Assembly: GCA_965222375.1 (NCBI GenBank)
Contig: CBDCTZ010000005.1
Location: forward strand, 288,001-352,000
Direction: 5' to 3'
From: Polyangiaceae bacterium
GTDB taxonomy: Bacteria > Myxococcota_A > Polyangia > Polyangiales > Polyangiaceae
Length of the DNA stretch: 64,000 bases
The position numbers and the translations under genes are program-made. Of this stretch, positions 42,701 to 51,250 are shown piece after piece. Each line of letters opens with the position of its first letter. Positions within the stretch are counted from its first letter, which is position 1. The notes under the pieces were generated by a model. The model was not told where the DNA came from. It saw nothing but the letters and a program-made list of their open reading frames with translations, and searched no databases.

Positions 42701-44511
42701 GTGACGACGACGGCGTCATCGACGGCGACGAGCCGAGCTACGACGTCGACTCGGACGGCGACGGGCTGATCAACGCCCTCGACCCGGACAGCGACAACGA
42801 CGGGATTTTCGACGGCACCGAGCTGGGCATCACTACGCCCAACGCGGACACGGACGTGAGCAAGGGCGTGTATGTGCCGGATGCCGATTCCAATACCAAG
42901 ACCGATCCCCTCAAGAAAGACACCGACGCTGGCAGCGTGCCCGACGGAGCCGAAGACACGAACCACAACGGAAAAATCGACACCGGCGAGCGGGATCCCA
43001 ACAACCCTGCCGACGACGTCACCAAGCCCACGGATACGGACGGTGACGGCCTGAGCGACGATGAGGAAAAGCTCATTGGCACCGATCCCAACGATGCCGA
43101 TACCGACGACGACGGCGTCATCGACGGCGACGAGCCCAACCCCACGGCGGACACGGACCTGGACGGCTTGATCAACGCCCTCGACCCCGACAGTGATGAC
43201 GACGGCCTCTTCGATGGCACCGAGCTCGGCTTGGGCTGCAGCAACCCCGCCACGGACGTCAGCAAGAAGCGCTGCATCCCCGACGGGGACTCGGGCACCA
43301 CCAAGACCTCGCCGCTGAACCCCGACACGGATGGCGGTGGCGCCACGGACGGCTCCGAAGACGCCAACCTCAACGGCGTCGTGGATGCTGGCGAGCAGAA
43401 CCCGACCACGGGCAACGAGGCCGACGACACCAACGTCGTCGACACCGATGGCGATGGACTGTCAGATGGCTTGGAGGCGACCCTGCGCTCCAACCCAAAT
43501 GACAAGGACACCGACGACGACGGCGTTGTCGACGGTGCAGAGAGCAACCCGAGCGACGACACGGACGGCGACGGCCTGGTCAACGTTCTCGATGTTGATA
43601 GTGACAACGACGCTCTATTCGATGGCACCGAAGTGGGGGTCACCACCGCGGATGCCGACACGGACACCACGAAGAACTTCTTCGTGGCCGACGGCGACCC
43701 GAACTCGAAGACCAGCGCCTTGAACCCGGACACGGACGGCGGCGGCGTCCGCGACGGCTCCGAAGACGTGAACCTCAATGGCGTCGTGGACACCGGGGAA
43801 CTGGACCCCAACGTCGGCGCCGACGACACCACGGTCGTTGACACGGACGGCGACGGCCTGAGCGATGGCCTGGAGTCCACTCTCAACTCCAACCCCAACG
43901 ACGACGACAGCGACGACGACGGGGCCCTGGATGGTGAGGAGGCCAACCTGAGCGCGGACACGGACGGCGACGGCACCATCAACGTGCTGGATTCCGATAG
44001 TGATGCGGACGGCCTCTTCGACGGCACGGAACTCGGCAACGACTGCAGCAACCCGGATACGGATACGACGAAGAACGCCTGCACCGCCGACGCCGATTCA
44101 GGTGCAACCCGAACCAGCATGGTCAACCCAGACACGGACTTCGGCGGCGTCTCGGACGGCGACGAGGACGTGAGCAAGAACGGCGCTGTTGACGCCGGCG
44201 AGCGCGATCCCCTCGACCCCGCCGACGACACTGTGGTCCCGGATGGTGGCACCGGCGGTGCCGGCGGTGCCGCGGGCAGCGCGGGCGCCGCAGGCAGTGG
44301 TGCCGCGGGTGCTGGCGGCCAGGTGGATGGCGGGGCGGGCACCGGTGGTGCCGGTACCGGCGGTTCCAGTGCGAACAACCCGCTCAATGACTACGATCTA
44401 GAAGGCGGCGGTTGTTCCTGTCGGGCCGCGGGTGGCGATTCCCGTACGCCGCTGTGGCTCGGAGCGCTTGCTGCGCTCGGCTTCGCCCTGATCCGACGTC
44501 GCCGGCGCTGA
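39700..44511 (+). CDS. Large surface adhesin: AgmC-like N-domain, Gly-rich region, 5 Ig-like repeats, Asp-rich Ca-binding repeats, MYXO-CTERM
   Basis: Lipobox SLGC, GDLLMVVQM...QIVRVPQ...AWDGSRGG, repeats as listed, C-terminal GGGCSC-TM-RRRRR; ATGA overlap with the OmpA gene. Confidence 0.85.
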   Translation: MSGLMKTSEKNVRASMRRPGRMTRLVSTLLCGTGLLSLGCSSVGEEEKAPPEPIAKKAQLLPGEDGSVTVTAANTVLNQYAALASNVAAGATSLTVTNAADLDSTTFGPLAAGDLLMVVQMRGASINTTNTVNYGSVTALNNAGNYEYVGVQSVAGNVITLGCATQNAYTASGNVQIVRVPQVDNLTIGASGSVTAPAWDGSRGGIVAVHATNNINVLGGVVADALGFRGGATDNSTANGQTGYRGAAASFGGEKGEGIAGYQAVYDALNGRYGRGAPANAGGGGNNHNAGGGGGSNARFGAAWTGQGVMLGTVTGAAAWLLDPGYIANGNALTDSEGGGRGGYSWSNSNQDALVVAPGNNAWAGDNRREVGGLGGRPLDPAANGRLYLGGGGGAGDGNNGAAGRGGNGGGMIFMTALGQIVGTGSISADGEQGGVSAGNPGDAPGGGGGGGTVVLNAAVSSSLTISADGGAGGNQTLSATNEAEGPGGGGGGGYVAIRSGSPTRTAAGAPGGTSNRPSVTEFPTNGATAGNNGLANAVVTTIPYCTEAAAPDTSFLTTEPDPTSDPTGDFTFASTENFVIYRCSIDNGPFFTCPQTYSTPALSDGSHNLRVRAQDLSGNVDPTPASYTWVVDTAPPDTTIPTTEPDPTNDPTGDFAFGSNESGVTYECRVDGAAFAACTQTFSTAALADGSHTIDVRAVDGAGNVDPTPASYTWTVDTAPPDTTIPTTEPNPTNDTTGDFAFGSNESPVTYECRVDGAAFAACTQTFSTAPLSGGSHTIDVRAIDAAGNVDPTPASYTWVVATAAPDTTIITSEPDPTNDPTGDFAFGSDQSPVTYQCSINGGTFTDCPQTYSTPALPDGSYTIAVRARNSVGVLDPTPATYTWTVDTAPPDTNFVTTEPNPTTDPTGDFAFGSNESPVTYECSIDGGTFTACTQTFSTPALAAGSHTISVRATDAAGNVDPTPATYTWTVTAAPTDTDGDGLPDTEETTIGTDPNDADSDDDGVIDGDEPSYDVDSDGDGLINALDPDSDNDGIFDGTELGITTPNADTDVSKGVYVPDADSNTKTDPLKKDTDAGSVPDGAEDTNHNGKIDTGERDPNNPADDVTKPTDTDGDGLSDDEEKLIGTDPNDADTDDDGVIDGDEPNPTADTDLDGLINALDPDSDDDGLFDGTELGLGCSNPATDVSKKRCIPDGDSGTTKTSPLNPDTDGGGATDGSEDANLNGVVDAGEQNPTTGNEADDTNVVDTDGDGLSDGLEATLRSNPNDKDTDDDGVVDGAESNPSDDTDGDGLVNVLDVDSDNDALFDGTEVGVTTADADTDTTKNFFVADGDPNSKTSALNPDTDGGGVRDGSEDVNLNGVVDTGELDPNVGADDTTVVDTDGDGLSDGLESTLNSNPNDDDSDDDGALDGEEANLSADTDGDGTINVLDSDSDADGLFDGTELGNDCSNPDTDTTKNACTADADSGATRTSMVNPDTDFGGVSDGDEDVSKNGAVDAGERDPLDPADDTVVPDGGTGGAGGAAGSAGAAGSGAAGAGGQVDGGAGTGGAGTGGSSANNPLNDYDLEGGGCSCRAAGGDSRTPLWLGALAALGFALIRRRRR
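41350..42624 (+). repeat. Five tandem 255-bp (85-aa) Ig-like coding repeats
   Basis: Each unit reads PDT...GDFxF...YxCxxD...GSHT..VRA.D..GNVDPTPAxYTW. Confidence 0.9.
42628..44235 (+). repeat. Four roughly 135-aa Asp-rich (bacterial TSP3-like) coding super-repeats
   Basis: Each begins DTDGDGLxD.E and contains DxDDDG.xDG.E, INxLDxDSDxDG.FDGTE and DTD.G...DG.ED. Confidence 0.85.
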
Positions 44512-44598
44512 ACCCGGCAGCGGAGTCCGCGCGTCAACTTCGGGCGCGCGGACCCAGGCGGCGGTACGACCCGCCAAACGCGCTATTGTTGCAGGCGC

Positions 44599-45525
44599 AT
44601 GTGGCCTGCCTACCGAAGCGTTCCCCTGACGGAGATCCACCGTCGCGCCGAAGTGGCTCTGCAGAGCCTCGCGAGTTGTGAAGTCTGCCCGCGCAACTGT
44701 CGGGTCAATCGCCTGGAGGGAGAGGCGCGGGTTTGCTCCACGGGGCGCTACGCTCGGGTCAGCACATGGTTTTCCCATTTCGGCGAAGAAGATTGCCTAC
44801 GGGGCTCGCGGGGGTCAGGGACAATCTTCTTCGCCTTTTGCAACCTCAAGTGTGTGTTCTGCCAAAACCACGACACCAGCCAGGCCGGTCAGGGCCGCGA
44901 ACTATCACCGGAGGCGCTCGCTGCGGCAATGCTCGACCTCCAGGAGCAAGGTTGCCACAACATCAACTTCGTCACTCCCGAGCACGTGGTGCCGGAGATC
45001 TTGGAGGCGCTACCCATTGCCATCGAGCGTGGCCTAGAGCTCCCCATCGTCTACAACACCAGCGCCTACGACGCCCTCGAGTCCCTGGCATGGATGGACG
45101 GCTTGGTCGACATCTACATGCCAGACTTCAAGCTTTGGACGAAAGCCAGCGCGACCCGTTACGTCAAGGCCAAGGACTACCCTGAAGTCGCGAAGCAGAT
45201 CCTGCGCGAGATGCATCGCCAAGTGGGGCCGTTGCAGATCGGCAAGGACGGGCTCGCCCGGCGCGGAGTATTGGTGCGCCACCTGGTCATGCCCGGGCTG
45301 CTCGAAGAGTCAGCGCAGGTCTTCGCGTTCTTGGCAGAGCTGGACCCAAACACGTACGTGAACGTCATGGCCCAGTACCGACCCGAGTACCGCACCTCGC
45401 AGTATCCGGAAATCCACCGTCGGCCAACCGAAGAGGAAATGGACAAAGCTCGGGAGCTGTTCTTCGCCGCTGGCCTCACTCGCCTCGATAGCCGAGGTCC
45501 GCGCCGCCTGTTCGTGCTGGACTAG
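44599..45525 (+). CDS. Radical SAM protein (PflX-like)
   Basis: CEVCPRNCRVNR, HFGEE, GSGTIFF.CNLKCVFCQN, NINFVTP, VDIYMPDFK, RHLVMPG, NVMAQYRP. Confidence 0.9.
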   Translation: MWPAYRSVPLTEIHRRAEVALQSLASCEVCPRNCRVNRLEGEARVCSTGRYARVSTWFSHFGEEDCLRGSRGSGTIFFAFCNLKCVFCQNHDTSQAGQGRELSPEALAAAMLDLQEQGCHNINFVTPEHVVPEILEALPIAIERGLELPIVYNTSAYDALESLAWMDGLVDIYMPDFKLWTKASATRYVKAKDYPEVAKQILREMHRQVGPLQIGKDGLARRGVLVRHLVMPGLLEESAQVFAFLAELDPNTYVNVMAQYRPEYRTSQYPEIHRRPTEEEMDKARELFFAAGLTRLDSRGPRRLFVLD

Positions 45526-45688
45526 CTCCCGGCGCTCCGGCGCGGGCCTGCCCCCTCTGCCGTGGCGCGAGGAAACCGCCGCAGGCGATGTTGGATCGGC
45601 TACCGCAGCAGAGCGCTCGTGCATAATCCGGGCTAGGCTTGCTTCCGCAAAGAAGATGGAGCTGATTGGTCACGATGGCGGCCCGAGC

Positions 45689-45934
45689 ATGGCCACCTGC
45701 AAGCACTGCGGCGCCCCCGGCGTGGGCCCGTGTGCCCGCTGCGAGCTGCCGCTATGCGGAGACTGCGCCATCCTGAGCGAAGGCGGCGTGAAGGTCTTCG
45801 CAATCTGTCGCGACTGTGCCGCAGAAGGCACCGGGCAGCTCGCAGGCCCCTGGCGAGGCGTGATAACAACGTTCCTGCTGCCCATTGCCGGGCTGGTCGT
45901 GGTGCTCTTCCTGCTCTCTCTCTTCTTCCGATAG
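45689..45934 (+). CDS. Small zinc-finger membrane protein
   Basis: CKHC, CARC, CGDC, CRDC and a C-terminal TM helix. Confidence 0.65.
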   Translation: MATCKHCGAPGVGPCARCELPLCGDCAILSEGGVKVFAICRDCAAEGTGQLAGPWRGVITTFLLPIAGLVVVLFLLSLFFR

Positions 45935-45965
45935 CCCCGCCGCAGCCGCCGAGCCAAAAGCCGTC

Positions 45966-46769
45966 ATGGGACTCTTCGATGTTCACGCGCACCTCACGCA
46001 CCCCAAGCTATTTCCGCGTGTGGACGAGCTGCTCGAAAACGCGCGCCGCGCTGGCGTATCCACGATCATCAGCAACGGCCTGAACCCCGGCGACAACGAA
46101 CGCGTCCAGGAGCTGGCCCAACGCTCGGATCTCGTCGCCCCCGCCTACGGCTTCTACCCGGTCGACACGGTGCTTGCCGAGATGGTCCGCCGCGACATCG
46201 ACTACCCCCGAGACGGACAGCCCGTCGAGGCCGCTGAGGGCATCGCTTGGGTGCGCAAGCACGCACGCGACGGCATTGCCGTCGGCGAGATCGGCCTCGA
46301 CGGCTATTGGGTGCCGCAAGAACTGTGGCAGCTACAAGAGGACGCTTTCCGAGAGCTCGTGAGCATCGCCTTGGAAAACGACAAGCCCATCATCATTCAT
46401 ACCCGCAAGCGCGAAGCTCACTGCTTCGAGGTGCTCAAAGAGATGGGCGCCGAGCGCGTCAACTGGCACTGCTTCGGCGGGCGCGTGAAGCTCGCGCGCC
46501 GGATTGCCGAGCACGGCCACTACTTGAGCATCCCCGCCAACGCCCGTCGCAACGAAGCCTTCACGCGCATGGTGCAAACCCTACCTCGACAGCGCGTGCT
46601 TCTAGAGACCGATTGCCCCTACCTGTCGCCGAACCGTGAGGTCGACAACGAGCCCGCTTTCGTCCGCGGCACCGCGGAGTTCTTCGCCGAAAATTGGGAC
46701 ACATCTTTGGATCAGGTCACGGAGCAACTATCCGACAACTTCGAGCGCTTGTTCCGAGTGCGGCCTTGA
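45966..46769 (+). CDS. TatD family hydrolase
   Basis: DVHAHL, AVGEIGLD, IIHTRK, WHCF, LETDCPYLSP, NEP. Confidence 0.92.
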   Translation: MGLFDVHAHLTHPKLFPRVDELLENARRAGVSTIISNGLNPGDNERVQELAQRSDLVAPAYGFYPVDTVLAEMVRRDIDYPRDGQPVEAAEGIAWVRKHARDGIAVGEIGLDGYWVPQELWQLQEDAFRELVSIALENDKPIIIHTRKREAHCFEVLKEMGAERVNWHCFGGRVKLARRIAEHGHYLSIPANARRNEAFTRMVQTLPRQRVLLETDCPYLSPNREVDNEPAFVRGTAEFFAENWDTSLDQVTEQLSDNFERLFRVRP

Positions 46770-46932
46770 GCGACAACCCGCCACCGCCGTCAGTGCCGGG
46801 GCTTTTCTGGTTGGTTGGGGTCGCATCGATGCAGCGGCTCTGGGCCACTACTCCCAAGCTGGGCCGCGTGGCGCAGGTTCGGCGACCAAGAGCGAAGGCG
46901 TGTCCACATTTGCCAACCCAGCTGCTAGGCTC

Positions 46933-47694
46933 ATGGCCATGCGCACGCTAGCCGTATTGATCACTGCCGGCGCGGTTTGCGGCTGCGCCGGTGCGGGACC
47001 GAGCGCTGAGTCGCCACCTCCCCCGCCGCATCCAACCACGCCGCCACCCGAGCCACCGCCGCCGGGCCCGCCCCCACAGCCACCGCCACCCGATTCCTCA
47101 CCCCCGGAGCCGCCATCACCGGGGCCGCCACCCGGAAGCTCCCAGTGTCAGGGCCCTGCACCAGGCCCTGGCTACGAATGCGTACAGAACTGTGGTCCTC
47201 CCGTGGCACGCGCCGGCGATCCACCCCCGGGGTTCCGTTGGCTCAGCGCCGAGGACGCGCAGAACCGGAAAAAGTTCGGCTGCCCGATCTGCCTACCGCC
47301 CGCCGCAAGCATCGCAACGCCAAACGGCCCTCGCCCGGTCAGCGCGCTTCGGGTGGGCATGAAGCTCTGGACCCTCGATAGCCAAGGTCGGCGAGTCGCC
47401 GGCGTCGTCGAATACGTCAACTCGATCCCGGCGCCGAACCACCACCAATTGGTGCGTCTGGCTCTCGACGATGGGCGCCGAGTCGCCGCTTCGGGCGGGC
47501 ACCCCCTAAGCGATGGTCGTTCCTTCGCGCAGCTGAGCGTCGACGATCCCATTGACGGTGCCCGCGTGCTGCGCGTCGAGCGCATCCCGCTGGATGGCGG
47601 TCGGACCTACGATCTCCTGCCGAGCGGCCCCTCAGGCGCCTACTGGGCCGACGGCGTGTTGGTGAAGAGCACGCTCACGCACAAGGTCCGCTAG
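46933..47694 (+). CDS. Lipoprotein with a C-terminal Hint (Hedgehog/intein) domain
   Basis: Lipobox VCGC, poly-Pro linker, Hint block A CLPPAASIATPNG.RPVSALRVGM, block B SGGHP, TYDL...YWADGVLV. Confidence 0.8.
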   Translation: MAMRTLAVLITAGAVCGCAGAGPSAESPPPPPHPTTPPPEPPPPGPPPQPPPPDSSPPEPPSPGPPPGSSQCQGPAPGPGYECVQNCGPPVARAGDPPPGFRWLSAEDAQNRKKFGCPICLPPAASIATPNGPRPVSALRVGMKLWTLDSQGRRVAGVVEYVNSIPAPNHHQLVRLALDDGRRVAASGGHPLSDGRSFAQLSVDDPIDGARVLRVERIPLDGGRTYDLLPSGPSGAYWADGVLVKSTLTHKVR

Positions 47695-47780
47695 CCGACC
47701 GACTCGCGCAAGGAGTTTCGCCATTCAACTGATGTGAGTGGTCGCTCGACGACGCAGCTCAGCCGTGTACGCTATTGGGC

Positions 47781-48146
47781 ATGGCGATTGGAAAATGGGT
47801 GCTCGCTCTCGCGCTGCTGGGCTGCTGCGCAGTCGGGTGTGACGGCGACGACAACGAGGAGGTCGGCCCGGGGGGAAGCCTGGTGGGTGGGTCCTGCTCG
47901 AACTCCGACGACTGCCAGGAGCGTTGCGTTCGCGGCGGCGACTATCCGGGCGGCATGTGCACGGTCGGATGTGCGTCGGATGACGACTGCCCGCGGCACA
48001 CGGCATGCATTTCGGACGAGGGCGGCATCTGCAGCATCGTCTGTGATCGAGGCGACGACTGCGCCGACTTCGGCAAGGAATGGACCTGCAAAGACCGAGA
48101 CCGTCGAGGCCACTCCGGCAAGGTCGGCGTGTGCCGCGGCGATTGA
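47781..48146 (+). CDS. Small Cys-rich lipoprotein
   Basis: Lipobox AVGC; three C..xDDC repeats; PGGMC. Confidence 0.7.
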   Translation: MAIGKWVLALALLGCCAVGCDGDDNEEVGPGGSLVGGSCSNSDDCQERCVRGGDYPGGMCTVGCASDDDCPRHTACISDEGGICSIVCDRGDDCADFGKEWTCKDRDRRGHSGKVGVCRGD

Positions 48147-48155
48147 CCGCCGCTG

Positions 48156-49400
48156 CTACTCGCCGCGCTTCTTCTGCAAGCTGTGGGTGATCTTGCCAGG
48201 GGCGTCGACGGCGCGGCTGATGACGCCGCGGCCGAAGCGCTCTTCGATCGCGTCCAGGGCGGGCCCCAAGTCTCTTGTCTTCGAGCGCTTCGCGAACAAG
48301 TCGAGTTGTTCGGGCCCCGCTTCTTCGATACCGCTCACGCTAACACCCAGTAGCCGCACGGGCTGCTGCAGCCGAAGTTCGTCCCAGAGCGATAGGGCGA
48401 CTTCCCGAATCAGGGTGCCATCGTCCGTGGCGACATCCAGCGAGCGTTGCCGTGTCAACAAAGGGTAGATCGGCTCTTCGGGCTCACCGGCGTTGCGCGG
48501 AGCCTTGCGACCTCGGCGACTTCCAAGCTTCGCCTTCAACGTCACCGTGCGTCCCCGAAATCCGTCGTTGCGCAGGCGACGCGCGACGGCCTCAGCGTGG
48601 GCGGTGAGCGCTCCGCTGACGACGGAACGCTCCATCACGTCTCGTTCGAAGGTGTTTTCTTCACCATAGGACTTGGGGACCCGCTCCGCGACGACTTCCC
48701 GCACGTCATTGCCCAGGGCTAGCTGTCGCAAAGCCTCGGCTCGATTGCCTGCCACGCGAGTGAGTCGGGCTAGGTCAGCCTGGGCGAGATCGCCGAAGGT
48801 GTGAAAACCGGCCGCGACCAGAGCACGCCCGAGCACGGGGCCCACACCGAACATGCGTCGGATCGGTAGTGGCGTAACGAAGGCACGCACAGCGTAGTCC
48901 GGCACGACGAGCAGACCGTCGGGTTTGCCAAAGGTGCATGCGATCTTGGCAACGTGTTTGTTCGGGGCCACTCCAATACTCACGACAAGGTCCGTCACCT
49001 CGCGCACGCGCCGTTTGAGTTTGCGCGCCAGTGGCAGCGCCCCGCCAAAGAGGCCGATGGATCCCGTGATGTCCAGGAAGGCTTCATCTAGCGCGAGCGG
49101 CTCGATCTCCGGCGTGAACTCCTCGAATACGGCGTGGACCTGCGCACTGACCTCGCCATACTTCTTCATGTTGCCACCCAGGAAGATGCCCTGGGGACAA
49201 AGCTCACGCGCGCGAAAGCCGGGCATGGCGCTGTGCACGCCGAACTCGCGCGCCTCGTAGGACGCCGCCGACACAACGCCCCGGGCGCTGGTGGCCCCGA
49301 CGATGACGGGCTTGCCCCGGAGCTCCGGGTCGTCCCGTTGTTCGATGGACGCATAGAAAGCGTCCATGTCGGCGTGCAGGATCAGCCGCTGTTGGGCCAC
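48156..49400 (-). CDS. dinB: DNA polymerase IV
   Basis: ILHADMDAFYASIE, RGVVSAASYEAR, ALDEAFLD, KPDG, VRLLGV. Confidence 0.95.
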   Translation of the reverse strand: MAQQRLILHADMDAFYASIEQRDDPELRGKPVIVGATSARGVVSAASYEAREFGVHSAMPGFRARELCPQGIFLGGNMKKYGEVSAQVHAVFEEFTPEIEPLALDEAFLDITGSIGLFGGALPLARKLKRRVREVTDLVVSIGVAPNKHVAKIACTFGKPDGLLVVPDYAVRAFVTPLPIRRMFGVGPVLGRALVAAGFHTFGDLAQADLARLTRVAGNRAEALRQLALGNDVREVVAERVPKSYGEENTFERDVMERSVVSGALTAHAEAVARRLRNDGFRGRTVTLKAKLGSRRGRKAPRNAGEPEEPIYPLLTRQRSLDVATDDGTLIREVALSLWDELRLQQPVRLLGVSVSGIEEAGPEQLDLFAKRSKTRDLGPALDAIEERFGRGVISRAVDAPGKITHSLQKKRGE

Positions 49401-49471
49401 ACCGGCGTTGTTTCACGCGCGCTGCATGGGAGCAAAGGTGACGGACGCCGGTGCGACCTGAAGCGTCACAG

Positions 49472-49554
49472 CGACACCGCATGTCGCACGTAAGTGTTTG
49501 ATTTTAATAGGAAATTCAGCGGGTTTTGGTTGGCCGCTTCGGCACGGTACCTGC
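49472..49554 (+). promoter_or_regulatory. Putative sigma-54 promoter with IHF site and upstream inverted repeat
   Basis: CGGCACGGTACCTGC (49540-49554; GG-N10-GC); TAAGTGTTTGATT (49491-49503) is the reverse complement of WATCAA-N4-TTR; GCGACA-N5-TGTCGC (49472-49488). Confidence 0.65.
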
Positions 49555-49570
49555 ACACTTGCCGAATATT

Positions 49571-51250
49571 ATGTCGAGGCGATCGAGTCATTCGCATCCC
49601 CCGGTTCAGCGCTTGGGCGCTCGGGGGCTAGTCGCTGCCGGGGTGGTGGCCCTCGCAGCCGCCGCGGCCTGTGTCGGCGATATCGGGGCTCCTGGTGACG
49701 AGGAAGGCGGCGGCAGTGGGCCCGGTGGTCCCGCCGCCCAACAAGCCGCTCTCGAAGCCGCGCGCACCGGGATCCGCCGCCTCACCGCAGTTGAGTACAA
49801 CGCCGCGGTCCAGGACCTGCTCCAAGTCGACATCGCCAGCGAAACCGTGCTTCCCGAAGACCAGCGGGGCCCTTTCGACAACGACTACACCCATCAGCTA
49901 GCCAGCGAAGCCCTGATCAACTCGGCGGACGTGCTGGCCAGCGACGTCGCCGCCAAGGTAATCGCCGACACGAGCCTTCGAAGCAAGATCGTACCTTGCA
50001 CGCCGACGGGCCCCAGTGATGCCGCCTGTTACGGCGAGTTCATCCACAGCTTCGGAAGGCGCGCCTTTCGACGTCCACTAGCGAGCGAGGAAGTCACGCG
50101 CTTCGAGGCGTTCATGCCCCACGCCACGGCGGAGAACGATTTCTGGGTCGCCGTCGAGTCGGCCCTGCTGGCGTTCCTGCAGCACCCCGCGTTCCTGTAC
50201 CGCGCTGAAGTCGGCACGCCGGTCCCTGGCAAAGCGGGGGTGTACCGGCTCACGGATCACGAGTTGGCGACCCGCCTGTCCTTCTTGTTGATCGGCTCGA
50301 CCCCGCCGGACAGCCTGCTGGACGCCGCAGACGCCGGCAAGCTTTCGACTCCGGCGGGCGTCGTTGCGGCTACCAAGGAACTGCTCGAGGACGACCGCGC
50401 AAAACGCCAGGTCGCCCGCTTTCACTCCATGTGGCTCGGCTACGAGAAGCTGCCGCATAGCGCGACTTTGTCCGCCGCCATGCAGCAAGAGACGCAGGCC
50501 CTGCTGAACAAGGTCATCTTCGAGGACAAGAGCCCATGGCTGGACGTACTGACCAGCACGGAAACCTACGTGACCTCGGAGCTTGCCACCCACTACGGGC
50601 TCAGCGCACCCAGCAATAGCAGTGGTGATTGGGTCAGCTACGGAAACGAACCACGCCAGGGGCTGCTGAGTCATGGCAGCTTTCTTTCGGCGGTCGCGAA
50701 GTTCTCCGACACGAGCCCGACCCAGCGTGGCCTGCTGATTCGACATCGGCTGTTGTGTGAGGAAATTGCACCGCCACCGCCGTCTCTGAAAGTCAACGCC
50801 GACGAGCCGCCGGAGGGCTCGGATCCCAACGCCTGCAAATCCGAACGCTACAACATGTGGAAGACGGACGGTTGCTCCTTGTGCCACACCAAGATGGAGC
50901 CCATCGGATTTGGCCTCGAGAACTTCGACACCGCCGGACGCTACCGCACTCACGAGACGGATCGGCCGGATTGTCCGATATCCGGTCAAGGCGAACTCGA
51001 CGGAATCGGAAGCTTCAGCGGGCCGGTGGATCTGTCCAATCGTTTGATTGAAGCCGGTGGCATCGAGAGCTGCGTCGCGGCCTACTACGTGCGCTACGCG
51101 CTAGGGCGCTACGAATTGGATGAGCGGGACGAAACCTTCGTTGCGCGCATGATGCAGGACGTGCCGCGAGGGGAGTTCCGCTTGGAGGAACTGATCCTGC
51201 GGGTCGTCAGCCAAGAAACGTTTCGGCTTCGCCGAGAGGAAACGCCATGA
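49571..51250 (+). CDS. DUF1592/DUF1588/DUF1595-type lipoprotein
   Basis: IRRLTAVEYN, FGRRAFRRPL, FLYRAE, ELATRLSF, TSPTQRG, CSLCH, GFGLENFD..GRYR. Confidence 0.88.
   Translation: MSRRSSHSHPPVQRLGARGLVAAGVVALAAAAACVGDIGAPGDEEGGGSGPGGPAAQQAALEAARTGIRRLTAVEYNAAVQDLLQVDIASETVLPEDQRGPFDNDYTHQLASEALINSADVLASDVAAKVIADTSLRSKIVPCTPTGPSDAACYGEFIHSFGRRAFRRPLASEEVTRFEAFMPHATAENDFWVAVESALLAFLQHPAFLYRAEVGTPVPGKAGVYRLTDHELATRLSFLLIGSTPPDSLLDAADAGKLSTPAGVVAATKELLEDDRAKRQVARFHSMWLGYEKLPHSATLSAAMQQETQALLNKVIFEDKSPWLDVLTSTETYVTSELATHYGLSAPSNSSGDWVSYGNEPRQGLLSHGSFLSAVAKFSDTSPTQRGLLIRHRLLCEEIAPPPPSLKVNADEPPEGSDPNACKSERYNMWKTDGCSLCHTKMEPIGFGLENFDTAGRYRTHETDRPDCPISGQGELDGIGSFSGPVDLSNRLIEAGGIESCVAAYYVRYALGRYELDERDETFVARMMQDVPRGEFRLEELILRVVSQETFRLRREETP

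Noticed and set aside
42738..44387. 549-aa Ser-rich minus-strand ORF
   Set aside because: Antisense of the Asp-rich repeats of the adhesin
49400..49570. LexA box upstream of dinB
   Set aside because: No convincing match seen; the motifs present fit a promoter for the opposite-strand operon better
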